DNA of 64,000 nt from Octopus vulgaris (GCA_951406725.2 OX597820.1:63798001-63862000), one strand, 5' to 3'; counted from the first letter of the stretch, positions 31,693 through 43,339 are shown. Notes: a model not told the origin generated them from the sequence alone. Numbers and translations: made by a program.

Positions 31693-34499
31693 TTTAGGAA
31701 CACGTAAATTGTAAATTTCACTAGTGACATTATTGCATTAGATACGTTATTGTAGTTTCTCTTGTTATTGTTTCTGGAATCGTATTTATAAGAATTCCAT
31801 TCAGTGCGTAACTTAGCACAACCGTGTCTACATTCAGTGCTAACTGAACTGTGGATTATATTTCTGATAAACGTACTCTACTTACTAATATCCCAAATAC
31901 GGATAATACCTCAGTGTGACGTACATTTTGTCTATCTTGGCCCAACGAGCGATCAAGGCTCATGAATATATATGTGTCTAATGAACACTAGCCTAGCTCT
32001 CTCTCTCTCTCTCTCTCTTTCTCCTTCTCTCTTTCTCTCTCATTCTCTCTCTCTCTCGTCTCCTTAATAATTTACCTTTACCTTTTCCACTTCTCTCTAA
32101 TTCAATTCCTAATAAACGTGAAATGCGATTTCAAACGAGAAAGTTGCTAAGTTCGTGGCTCTGTAGCTGTCATATTGGCCATACATTTATACTATTTCCC
32201 CGTCAAATTTCTCTGTGTGCGTATGCGTGTGCTCATGTGCGCGCGTATGTGTGTATTTGTACGTATGAATATGCGTTCATATCAATGTATGCTTTTAAAT
32301 ATACCCACGTTTGTTGTTAGTGTTGTAAGTGGGATTGTTTACTTGTAATAAATATTTATGTGTAATGGCGAGTTATTCATTCCTATAATTATTATAACAA
32401 TTAATTTATGTACAGAAATTGTGATTTCCATTTTAAATGTTAATATTATTGATTTGTGCACTCTTTGAAACGTCTTTTAGAGTTAAAATTCAGCGTATTC
32501 ATATTCTGGAACTTTGACCGCCTCCAAATACAGTGCAAATTCTTTCACGAACTTCGTTATGCGACTGATATTATCATGCGCCGACATATTGTTTTATAAA
32601 CGTTTCACTGTCAGATACGATGAAGTCGCAAGAAGAGATATAATCTACTCCGTATTTCTTTCAATATATATAGCTTCAATTTTTATATTTGTAGCCAGCC
32701 AAATGTCTTTTATATTTCAGGATTACTCTAAGGTGGATTGTTTTAGTTTTATTGAAGTCTTTGCTAATTGCTGTGCGCAAGGTAACTATAGATATATATA
32801 GTTTTCTTTTATAGTGAACCGTTTATTTTGATATATGTTTACATATGTCCACAGAAACATTCATATATTAGCACACACACACATACCCACACACAGATGC
32901 GCACTCGCTCCCACACACAAGCGCACACATGCACACATAAACATATCGATGTGCATTATTCCAAATATATATAATCGTATGATGATGGTGTTGATAGTGT
33001 TCCTAATAATAGTGTCTATGAGTACACTTGATCCCTCTCTCTCCCTATCTCCCACACAGTTTTGACAATCTCACAAACACATCTAGACATTTAAATCAAC
33101 ACATGCATATATGGACACACACGCACATTGTGATTATACAGAAGTGGTCAGTATGCTGGGGGGTGTGATGAATATTTCATTCTCTGAAACGGCCAGCGTG
33201 CTGATTTCTCGTGAATCGAAGTTGTAAACGTGGACGTCGTCTACTTCAAAGTTTCCTCTCACCTCCTACATCCATTATATATTTCTCCTTAATATCTCCT
33301 AACACCTATAGGTATAATTTTCTTTCTCTCTCTCTCTCTCTCTCTCTCCACACTTTCTCTTTCTCTCATTCCCTCACTTTATTCTTTTTTCATCTCCTTA
33401 TCACCTTAATACTAACAAACAGTTCATTTAGAATTACATCCTTAGTTTCAGCCTTAGATTCACGAGGTATGTAAATGTGTATGTGTGTGCTTCTGGCCCT
33501 CTTTCTCTTGCTCTCACTTTTTCCCTCTATTCCTCTCTCTCGCTCTCATTCTCTTCCTCCCTTTCTCTTTGTCTTTCTATCTGTATCTCTGCTATTCTAT
33601 ATTTACCTACTTTATTACTAATCCGTTACCTATTTTCTACTCATATCCTTTTCTGATATTTACTTCCTCTCGTCTGTTTCCCTTCCTCTTATTTACATTT
33701 TTCCCCGTTTCATGAGTCTTTTTCCGCCCCCCTATTCATACATGTAGTCACGCATATTAAAACACAAAGCCAGAACGACACATTCCCTAACTTCTAAACC
33801 AACGTACATTTACTGCCACCTCCCTATTCTCACTTGTCTTCCGTCTTTTTTTCTTTCTCTTTCCTTGTGCTCTTTCTCCAGTACTTTTCTCTTACTTTCG
33901 GTATTATCATCTATACCTCTCTTTCACTATCTCTCCCGCATATCTCTCCCAGTTGTTTATCTCTGTTAGGCACCTATGTCATCTCTCTTCTCGTCTAGCG
34001 CTCTCTGTCTGTCTGTATGTCTGTGTGTCTGTCTGCCTCTCTTTAGTCTCCTTAATAATTTATCTTTTCCTCCTTCACTGCTCTCTACGTCAATTCACAA
34101 TAAAATACATAGGAACCTATTTTCTCCAGATCAATGAAAACAAAAGTGAAAGTAAGATAAAGAAATAACAATAAACAACACTGAAAAGGATAATTTAAAA
34201 AAAAGTTATGTATAATATAAATTTAAAAAATAACAAAGAAAGACATCGATACAAAAGGCATTTCTCGAGAAGAAATATCAAATGGAATACAATGAGTTCA
34301 GAACACGCAATAAAGTCCTCAGTTTACAAATACTTTACGCATGCGTATCAAGAATCAATCATGTAACCATTTGACATTTGATTTTTTCTCGGCTGTTAAA
34401 CGAACGATCGTAGCTAAAATGTCGAAAATCATATCATGCAGTCATATGCTTGTTGTAAGCAAAGTGAGATTATAAGTTCAAAATTTTGTTAGAGTGTAG

Positions 34500-34625
34500 A
34501 CACGGCTGTATGGGGAGTAGTTTGCTTCACAAGCACATAGTTCCAGGTTCTAACTTCCTACTTGGCATTTTGAGCAAGTGTCTTCTAATAAAGCCCCTAG
34601 CCGTGAATTTCATTGACGGAAACTG

Positions 34626-34628
<3 letters not shown>
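34500..34628 (+). mobile_element. 5' part of the 10539-family SINE
   Basis: GGCTGTATGG...GCAAGTGTCTTCTA...GACGGAAACTGAA, followed by (TA)n. Confidence 0.65.
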
Positions 34629-34662
<34 letters not shown>

Positions 34663-34994
34663 TATGCGTGTGCCTGTATTAATATAGATATACATATATA
34701 CACACATATAAACACATATGCACACACACTGATTGTATTTTTCTGTAAGATCAACAAAGAAATTTCTCCATATAAGGCATTTTTGGAATAATGCTTATTT
34801 TAATAATAACATTTAGTGAGTGATTCTGGCGATTCTGGTATGAGTTTCAAGCTTCAGATAACCCTTTCAAACTGAAAAATGTATGTTTTACTGGTTGCTT
34901 AAATATCACAGATTTTTTTCTTACGAGTATACTCACGAAACAATATGCACAAGGAAGTGGAATAAATATGAATATACACAAAATCATGTGTGTA

Positions 34995-35083
<89 letters not shown>

Positions 35084-35294
35084 GTAAGAAGGAGGAGAAG
35101 AAAAAGAAGAAGAAAAAGAAGAAGAAAAAGAAGAAGAAGTAAAAGAAGAAGAAAAGAAGAAGAAGAAGACGAAGAAGAAGAAGATCAAGAAGAAGAAGAA
35201 GAAGAAGAAGAAGAAGAAGAAGAAGAAGAAGAAGAAGAAGAAGAAGAAGAAGAAGAAGATCAAGAAGAAGAGTACGAGGAGAAGGAACTTTCAT

Positions 35295-35768
35295 TTTGAT
35301 TTGAACTTTCATTTCTTCCACACCTTACATAGCAAAGAAACATACCCTTCAATATAGCAAAACGAATTTGCACTACAGTAACAGATGTAGAAAAATGGGA
35401 TAAAAGATTACAAGAATTAAAGATATTTCTAAAACAACAAAAGTATTCTGCGAGATTAATGGACACAGCAATTACCAAAGCAAAAAAACATCAGAATTAC
35501 AGACCTCAGAGGAAAACAAACACACGGACCCAAGAAATCCCGACATTATCCATATTGCAAAAAGGTCTCTCTCAGTTCTCCAACATTCAACAAAACTGAA
35601 CAAATTTATAACAGATTCAAAAATAATTTATAGCAGACGTCAAGCACCCACCCTAAAAGAGCTCTTAACTCAAGCAAGATTTACAACTTTACGAAAAAAC
35701 AAAGAGAGTTCAAAAATATGATGATCCTCGTTGTGGAACATGTGATTAAATTGATGAAGGAGAACAAA
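35295..35768 (+). mobile_element. Penelope-like element fragment (RT thumb and linker, truncated before GIY-YIG)
   Basis: RNIPFNIAKRICTTVTD..RLQELKIFLKQQKY, PRNPDI..IIYSRRQAPTLKELLTQARF and QKYDDPRCGTC, the Cys motif that precedes the PLE endonuclease. Frameshifts present. Confidence 0.8.
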
Positions 35769-36515
35769 GCGGTTCTGTGGATTTCAGTTATTTGGGTTTT
35801 CTTCATATACTTTTCGGCCGTCTTGCCACTCTTTCTAACGAAAATCAGCGTTGGTTTCGGTATAGTGACAAGTCTGATGAGCCTTCTTTTTCTGCCAACA
35901 TTTTTCGTCACTGAACTGGCCGACCCCGTCGATCCGGTGTCTCGCATTGGCCGTTCGATGCCGGATGGAGAACCTGTTGAATTGTCAGCACTTTTGAAAG
36001 TCGCCATAAAATACGACGAAGACCTTCGTTACTGCGCCAAGTGCGGCACTTACGTGTGTGGATCGTCCTACCACTGCCCGATCTGTCAGAAATGTGTCCT
36101 CCTCTTCGACCACCATTGTATTTGGCTGAACAATTGCATCGGAAGTCGCAACTACGCCTGTTTCATTATTAGTTCCAGCTCAGCCTTCATCCTGTCTGCT
36201 ACAGTTTTCACCAGCACTCTGGTTATTATGTCAGAGCGTATCCATTCTATCCTGTTAGTCGGTTGATGGAAATTTATGTGCCGTTACGCAACTGAGCGCA
36301 ATTCTTTACCCACCTTCGAAATTCTCTTTATTCGCTGTCGACCTGACGTCTCGTTAGCACTGGTATGTGCCACCTAGATCTTGGTTTTCGTTATAATGAT
36401 TCTCCTTCTGTGTTTGATTATCTTCCACTTTTATTTGATGTGCCACAACACGACCACGCTGGAGTACATACGCCAGATACGTAACTATCCGGTTCGTGCT
36501 CTTTGGAATACATGA
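35769..36515 (+). pseudogene. DHHC palmitoyltransferase, ZDHHC1/11-like, 5'-truncated, no obvious introns, two internal in-frame stops
   Basis: Two TM helices then DPVD, and a DHHC cysteine-rich domain CAKC..HCPICQKCVLLFDHHCIWLNNCIGSRNY. The same frame continues past TGA 36264 and TAG 36375 into TM4 and FHFYLMCHNTTTLEYI (TTxE motif), ending at TGA 36513-36515. Confidence 0.85.
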
Positions 36516-36982
36516 TATGGTCGAAAAGAAAATCCGGTACACAAAAGATACAAGATACAAGAATATGCCATCATCTTTTTCTTTGGCTCTGGTTTGTGTA
36601 TTTATTCCTCTCTAATATTCCACACACACTATAATTGTTGTTCCAGATAATTAAAACAATTCATCTCTTAAGAATTTACTTCTTTCGATTTAATGAGGAA
36701 CAAAATTAAAATTTATAATACGGAAACGCTAAAAACGAAATCCAGATTTAATTCCAGGAATATCTTTACTCAAACAGTAATTCTTTCTCAAATTCTTCCA
36801 TCAAATATCATTGGTTTCTAACAAGGAATTTTATAAACCAAATTACTTTGGGACATTTCTTTTCTTGCTTACATTGTTACATGATTTTGTTTTTTTTTAT
36901 TCCGAATAAAATGGCAAATATTTTCAAATCTAGAAATAGTTTAACATTTACTTAAATTCTATATACTGCCACCACCACCACC

Positions 36983-37056
<74 letters not shown>

Positions 37057-37109
37057 TATCATTATTATTATTATTATAATTATTATTATTTTTATTATTA
37101 TTATTATTA

Positions 37110-37561
37110 TTGGTATGAGAGAGCAGTAAATGCCATCAAAGTGACGTGACACTGGGTTAAAATATACGAAGCCCAGTATACCCATCATGACTATCCGTCT
37201 GATAAGCATACACTGGGCACATGCATCACTACCATATGTGCGCGACATGATGATCTCATATCTAGATAAACAGCGCATGGCCTTGCAGGTGGGGCCCACT
37301 TAAAATTTTCTTGTGGTCGGGTAACCCATCCTGCTCAAAAGGTCCCTGAATAAGGGTTGTTTGAGGATGTTGAACGAAACACCCATGTTTCCAGAGGTAA
37401 ATTATTCAAACCCCAAAGAATCCCTCTCAACACATGGCTATGATGCTCCCCAACTACTTCTGCTCGTAATCAGAGATGCACACATCCTCAGCCACCAAGG
37501 GACATGCTCAAACCGATTAAGGTCAAACAAATGACAAGCAAATCTGTGGTATTGAGCAGAA
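37110..37561 (-). mobile_element. Non-coding interspersed repeat in (TAA)n, homologous to 19783-20135
   Basis: See the 19783 entry. On the minus strand it ends ...CTGCTCTCTCATACC-AATAATAAT, with ATT repeats on both flanks. Confidence 0.75.
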
Positions 37562-37603
<42 letters not shown>

Positions 37604-37604
37604 A

Positions 37605-37816
37605 GGCGGTGAGCTGGCAGAATCGTTAGCACGCCAGGCGAAATACTTGGCGGTATTTCGTCTACCGCTACGTTCTGAGTTCAAATTCCGCCGATATCGA
37701 CTTTGCCTTTCATCCTTTCGGGGTCGATGGATTAAGTACCAGTGAAACACTGGAGTCGATGTAATCGACTAGTCCTCTCCCCCACACATTTCAGGCCTGT
37801 GCCTATAGTAGAAAGG

Positions 37817-37884
<68 letters not shown>

Positions 37885-38028
37885 GGAGGCGAGCTGGCAG
37901 AATCGTTAGCGCGCCGGGCGGAATACTTAGCGGTATTTCGTCTGCCGGTACGTTCTGAGTTCAAATTCCGCCGAGGTCGACTTTGCCTGTCATCCTTTCG
38001 GGGTCGATAAATTAATTACCAGTTGCGC
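37605..38028 (+). mobile_element. Two SINE copies (GGCGGCGAGCTGGCAGAA family) separated by (ATT)n
   Basis: Heads at 37605 and 37885, core GACTTTGCCTTTCATCCTTTCGGGGTCGAT. Confidence 0.9.
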
Positions 38029-38299
38029 AAAATAAATGCAAATATAAATTGGAAATCGAGAAACATTATTTACTGTGCCACATACCCGAATGCAAAGAAC
38101 ACCACATTGGTGAAACGGGCGTTGGACTATATGAGAAAGTAAGGGTACATAAACAACAAATCCAAGACTCCTCCATTAGAAACACAAGTGCGCATGCGTG
38201 AAATTAAAAGTATAATATGGCTATAATTTAACCCATCGCATCCTTTTCGTTTGTATGTATATATGTGTATATATGCATGGGCAGTCACCATGATAGATC

Positions 38300-38485
38300 G
38301 GTAACCAATACACATATTTTTTCTCGCCTTGTTTCTCGCCTTGTTTTTTTTTTCTGTGGCCCTTTCTGTAGAAGAGCGTAGGCTCGAAACGTAAAAGATT
38401 TTTTTAATTCCTGAGCGTTATACTATTACATCTGTTTGTTTTGCACACCGCCTCTCTTCGTCTTTTGTTTTTTTTTCGTGAACTC
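38300..38485 (+). mobile_element. Short non-autonomous repeat with a variant hammerhead motif, homologous to 49700-49900 (minus)
   Basis: 38362-38397 reads CTTT-CTGTAGA-A-GAGC-gtag-GCTC-GAAAC-GTA-AAAG. The flanks (TTCCTGAGCG..TACT..TGTTTGTTTG..CACC..CTTCGTCTTTTGTTT) match the reverse complement of ~49705-49825. Confidence 0.65.
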
Positions 38486-38506
38486 TCTCTCTCTAACTTT
38501 CTCTCT

Positions 38507-38540
<34 letters not shown>

Positions 38541-38661
38541 ACATATATATATATATATGATAAAAATAGTAAGACAACAAAAGAATGAAAGCGACTTCGA
38601 TATTATGTAAATGGGAGAATTTATTCGTAAATGTAATATGTGGCAATTATCCGGGAGCCAT

Positions 38662-38722
38662 GATAAAACTCCGAGCTTCGGATGCCGGTGTGGAAATCCA
38701 CGTCGCTATCTCTTCAGTTATC
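38662..38722 (-). ncRNA. Degenerate type I hammerhead motif
   Basis: Minus strand: GATAA-CTGAAGA-GAT...ATCC-GAAG-CTCGGAG-TT-TTATC. Stem I GATAA/TTATC; the GAAA box is mutated. Confidence 0.45.
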
Positions 38723-38773
38723 CGGCCATCGGAAAAAGAGTTTTATCATGGCTACCGAATAATTGTCACATAT

Positions 38774-38818
<45 letters not shown>

Positions 38819-38967
38819 AAATAAATATAAAGTGGTATATATGGCTCACTCTAGCACCAGTTAATCAAAAGGTTTCAACCACTAAAAATACATGTTTCCC
38901 ATGAAAGTCAGTACGATTGTTAGCTCACACGGACAGGGCAAATAAAAAATAACAAAAATACAGATTA

Positions 38968-39049
38968 TTTTGGGACAATTGTTTCGCTATTAATGAATTA
39001 AATGTAATTTTACTTACAAAAAAATCCACTTGTAGCTCGTCAGCCAAAA
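38968..39049 (-). ncRNA. Type I hammerhead ribozyme (inverted copy)
   Basis: Reverse complement of the motif at 39330-39412. Confidence 0.8.
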
Positions 39050-39329
39050 CTATCTGGATGAAATCAACTCAATCACACGCCAGATTTTACCATAACGATA
39101 AATACGCGTGTGGTTCAATTGATTACATCCGACGTTATAATTCAAATGCCCCAACTAACAGCGCGCCAAACTTTCACGGAAAACAAATACAGCATTTAGG
39201 CCACTTGGTGTTGAATGGATATACTATTAAATTAGTATCTAATTCTCTCACCCTTATTAATTAATTATAATTATGCTGCATTTATTTCTAAATGCTGTAT
39301 TTGTGATTGAGTGGATTTCATCCAGATAG

Positions 39330-39412
39330 TTTTGGCTGACGAGCTACAAGTGGATTTTTTTTGTAAGTAAAATTACATTTAATTCATTAATAGCGAAACA
39401 ATTGTCCCAAAA
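39330..39412 (+). ncRNA. Type I hammerhead ribozyme
   Basis: TTTTGG-CTGACGA-GCTA-[44 nt]-TAGC-GAAAC-AATT-GTC-CCAAAA: intact core, 6-bp stem I, palindromic stem III ACAATTGT, GUC triplet. Confidence 0.85.
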
Positions 39413-39866
39413 TAATCTGTATTTTTGTTATTTTTTATTTGCCCTGTCCGTGTGAGCTAACAATCGTACTGACTTTCATGGGAAACATGTATTTTTAGTG
39501 GTTGAAACCTTTTGGATTAACTGGTGCTAGAGTGAGCCATATAGTGACCACTCTCTTATATTTATTTTGTAAAAATATTATAATATATTATAAAATATTA
39601 TAATAATCCAGGTTTCTCGGAGCTCTAGGCCACTTGGTGTTGAATGGATATACTATTAAATTAGTATCTAATTCTCTCACCCTTATTAATTAATTATAAT
39701 TATGCTGCATTTATTTCTAAATGCTGTATTTGTTTTCCGTGAAAGTTTGGCGCGCTGTTAGTTGGGGCATTTGAATTATAACGTCGGATGTAATCAATTG
39801 AACCACACGCGTATTTATCGTTATGGTAAAATCTGGCGTGTGATTGAGTGGATTTCATCCAGATAG

Positions 39867-39948
39867 TTTTGGCTGACGAGCTACAAGTGGATTTTTTTGT
39901 AAGTAAAATTACATTTAATTCATTAATAGCGAAACAATTGTCCCAAAA
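39867..39948 (+). ncRNA. Type I hammerhead ribozyme (second direct copy)
   Basis: Same motif as 39330-39412, differing only in T-run length. Confidence 0.85.
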
Positions 39949-40230
39949 TAATCTGTATTTTTGTTATTTTTTATTTGCCCTGTCCGTGTGAGCTAACAAT
40001 CGTACTGACTTTCATGGGAAACATGTATTTTTAGTGGTTGAAACCTTTTGGATTAACTGGTGCTAGAGTGAGCCATATAGTGACCACTCTCTTATATTTA
40101 TTTTGTAAAAATATTATGATATATTATAAAATATTATAATAATCCAGGTTTCTCGGAGCACTAGGCCACTTGGTGTTGAATGGATATACTATTAAATTAG
40201 TATCTAATTCTCTCACCCTTATTAATTAAT

Positions 40231-40265
<35 letters not shown>

Positions 40266-40293
40266 ATATGTATATATGTATATATATATATAT

Positions 40294-41204
40294 ATAACAT
40301 AAGGGACATTAGCCAACTGAATATGGCTAGGGACAGGGCAGGGTGGTGGGGGTGTCACTGTTGCATTTAGCCCCAGACGAACATCAACGTCACCAGATAG
40401 GCCGACGCCATCACGGCGTCCTCTACTTTGCAAAGGGAGATCATTCCCCAAGAAGCGAATGCCACATACGGACCTAGGTTTCAAGGTGTATTGCCTATTA
40501 TCAACGTATGGTAGGCACCGCTTCTCAACGAACAACTCACCGTGCAAGATATATATAAAGATTTTCAAGTAAATACATTTACTGATTTCGAAAATCTGTT
40601 CGACAGCAATAATAATTCTCTAAATGAGATATAAACAGTGACTGCTCCATAACATAAGGGACATTAGCCAACTGAATATGGCTAGGGACAGGGCAGGGTG
40701 GTGGGGGTGTCACTGTTGCATTTAGCCCCAGGTGAACATCAACGTCACCAGATAGGCCGACGCCATCACGGCGTCCTCTATCTTGCAAAGGGAGATCATT
40801 CCCCAAGAAGCGGATGCCACATACGGACCTAGGTTTCAAGGTGTATTGCCTATTATCAACGTATGGTAGGCACCGCTTCTCGACGAACAACTCACCGTGC
40901 AAGATATATATAAAGATTTTCAAGTAAATACATTTACTGATTTCGAAAATCTGTTCGACAGCAATAATAATTCTCTAAATGAGATATAGACAGTGACTGC
41001 TCCATAACATAAGGGACATTAGCCAACTGAATATGGCTAGGGACAGGGCAGGGTGGTGGGGGTGTCACTGTTGCATTTAGCCCCAGGCGAACATCAACGT
41101 CACCAGATAGGCCGACGCCATCACGGCGTCCTCTATCTTGCAAAGGGAGATCATTCCCCAAGAAGCGGATGCCACATACGGACCTAGGTTTCAAGGTTTA
41201 TTGC
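40294..41204. repeat. 355-bp tandem repeat, ~2.6 near-identical units
   Basis: ATAACATAAGGGAC at 40294, 40649 and 41004 (period 355). Flanked by TA/CA microsatellites. Confidence 0.95.
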
Positions 41205-41287
<83 letters not shown>

Positions 41288-43339
41288 GCATGTTTATGTA
41301 TGTGTAGTTATGTGTGAGTGGGTATAGGTGGTGTAGATGTATATATGTATGTATATGCATATATTTGTATATGTGTCTGTATGTATATATGCATATATAT
41401 ATATGTGTGTGTGTGTGTATTTGTATATATATGTATATGTATATATATTTATAAGTATATATGTACATCCCTTATTCTTGATGGACTTAAGTCTCCTTCC
41501 CCCTCTGTTCTCCGTTGCCAGCGGTCTTATCTTTATTCACATCTTTATCGTATTTTTATCTTTATTTCAATTACTCATTTCTTTTTTCTTTCTTTCTTTC
41601 TTTCTTACTTTGTTTCTTTGCTTCTTTCTATCTTTCTTCTTCTTCTTTAACTTCTCTATTTTTTTTCATATATTCACCCCGTTTTTTGTGTATATGTTTT
41701 TTGTGTCTATAATTGCAGTAAAAAAAATTCTGTGCTATTTAAATAACCATTAAAACATACATTTTTCAGTTTGGAAAACGGCTATTTGAAACTTGAAACT
41801 CATACCTGAATCACACACTGTAAACATTATCAATACAAGAAAGACATCTCTACTATTTTTTTAAATACATAATACTGTACCATGAACTTTTTTTTATATG
41901 CTACTATATGTGTGTGTGTGTGTATGTGTAATGATATTGGGCGTGTGCACATGAACACATTTACATGACGTAAACAGACGGAAGCCAAGAATTGATTTGG
42001 TCAAGAAAATATTTTGTTTAGACGGCATAATAACCATTTTATCAGGTAGTTGTTAAGTCTCATAGTAGCAACAAGATTCTATTGCCGTTTGCCCCATCAA
42101 ATAGATGTTAAGTTTTATGACAGTAGTAGCGGATTTTCTTTAAACAGACATTAAATGTCTGGACACTGAGACTTATAGCGTATTTATCTAAAGTCCAAAT
42201 ATTTATCATTATATCTTTGAGCTACTCACGGATTTCTTCTTTATGTATTTTTCCTAGCTACACCCATTCCTACACACACGCACGTGCTCGCACACTCACA
42301 TCCACCTACCCAAACACACAGATACTTATTCGCAGATATCATCGTTAGTATATTTACTTTATCTTGCCTACTAAAAAGAAATTCATTTAAGATAATGGCA
42401 AATGAATCTATATACACGCACATTTTAAAGTTTAATGTTCGTATCTATACACTCATAGATAAGAGTACATCTCCAGTTGAGCTCCAACCGATACACCCAT
42501 ATACTCAAACCTAATGATTATTGATTATTCAAGTATAAATACATCTGGACAAAAGAAGTTGAATTGTTACAGCATCTACTAGGCAGCTATTTTCAAGATC
42601 CTTAAATGTTGATGTTCGTGTAAATCGAAATGTTTTGTGTTGGTGAATCCTTTCAAAAGGGTTTCAGTTATTAAGTACCATTAATCACATGAAGTCTTTC
42701 GGGGTTATAATGGACATAAATAGTTTGTACTTCCGGTGGAAATATAAAACCATTAAGAAAGTGATATCAAAATCTCCTCATTTTGTTTATGTTTTTACTT
42801 TTTGCTGATAAAGTCCGAATAATTCGAATCGTAGTAACATTCAATCCAAAACATTTTCTTTCATTCCAGCGTGAAACTAATGTGTCGACATCATGTTTCC
42901 GTTATTGGTTTGCTTGTGGTGTTCTTAAGACACACAGTTTGATTTTCCACAATATTAGAATTAAATTATATCGTATGTATATATGTATGTATACACGTAC
43001 GTATGTATGTAGCAATCTATCTATCTATCTGCCAGTCTATCTCTACGTACATATGTGTATACATATTTCTCTGTTTAGAAGTGTATGTACCTATGTGCTT
43101 CAGAAAATTGAAATAACTAGAATTTACAAAATCTATACCTACATACATATAAAGAATTGTTTGTGTGTGTGTGTCTGTGAGTGTGTAAGTGTGTGTGTAT
43201 ATGCATAAATAAATATATGAATATATATATACATATATATATACATATATATACATATATATATATACACTTGTATACACTCATACACACATATATACAC
43301 ACACATATATATATATCTGCACATATACACACACACACG

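Larger units (their letters stand above)
38815..40232. repeat. ~536-bp non-coding tandem unit with an inverted partial copy, hammerhead-bearing (retrozyme/pLTR-like)
   Basis: Unit starts (TAGGCCACTTGGTG) at ~39197, 39626 and 40162. The first direct copy lacks ~107 bp. 38815-39198 is an inverted partial copy. (TA)n on both flanks. Confidence 0.95.

Noticed and set aside
40230-41194. Three similar minus-strand ORFs (MKIFIYILHGELF...)
   Set aside because: They arise from the 355-bp tandem repeat, use non-ATG starts and show no recognisable motif.
38815-41204. CRISPR-like or satellite interpretation of the tandem arrays
   Set aside because: The units are long and identical with no unique spacers, the context is eukaryotic and there are only 2-3 copies.
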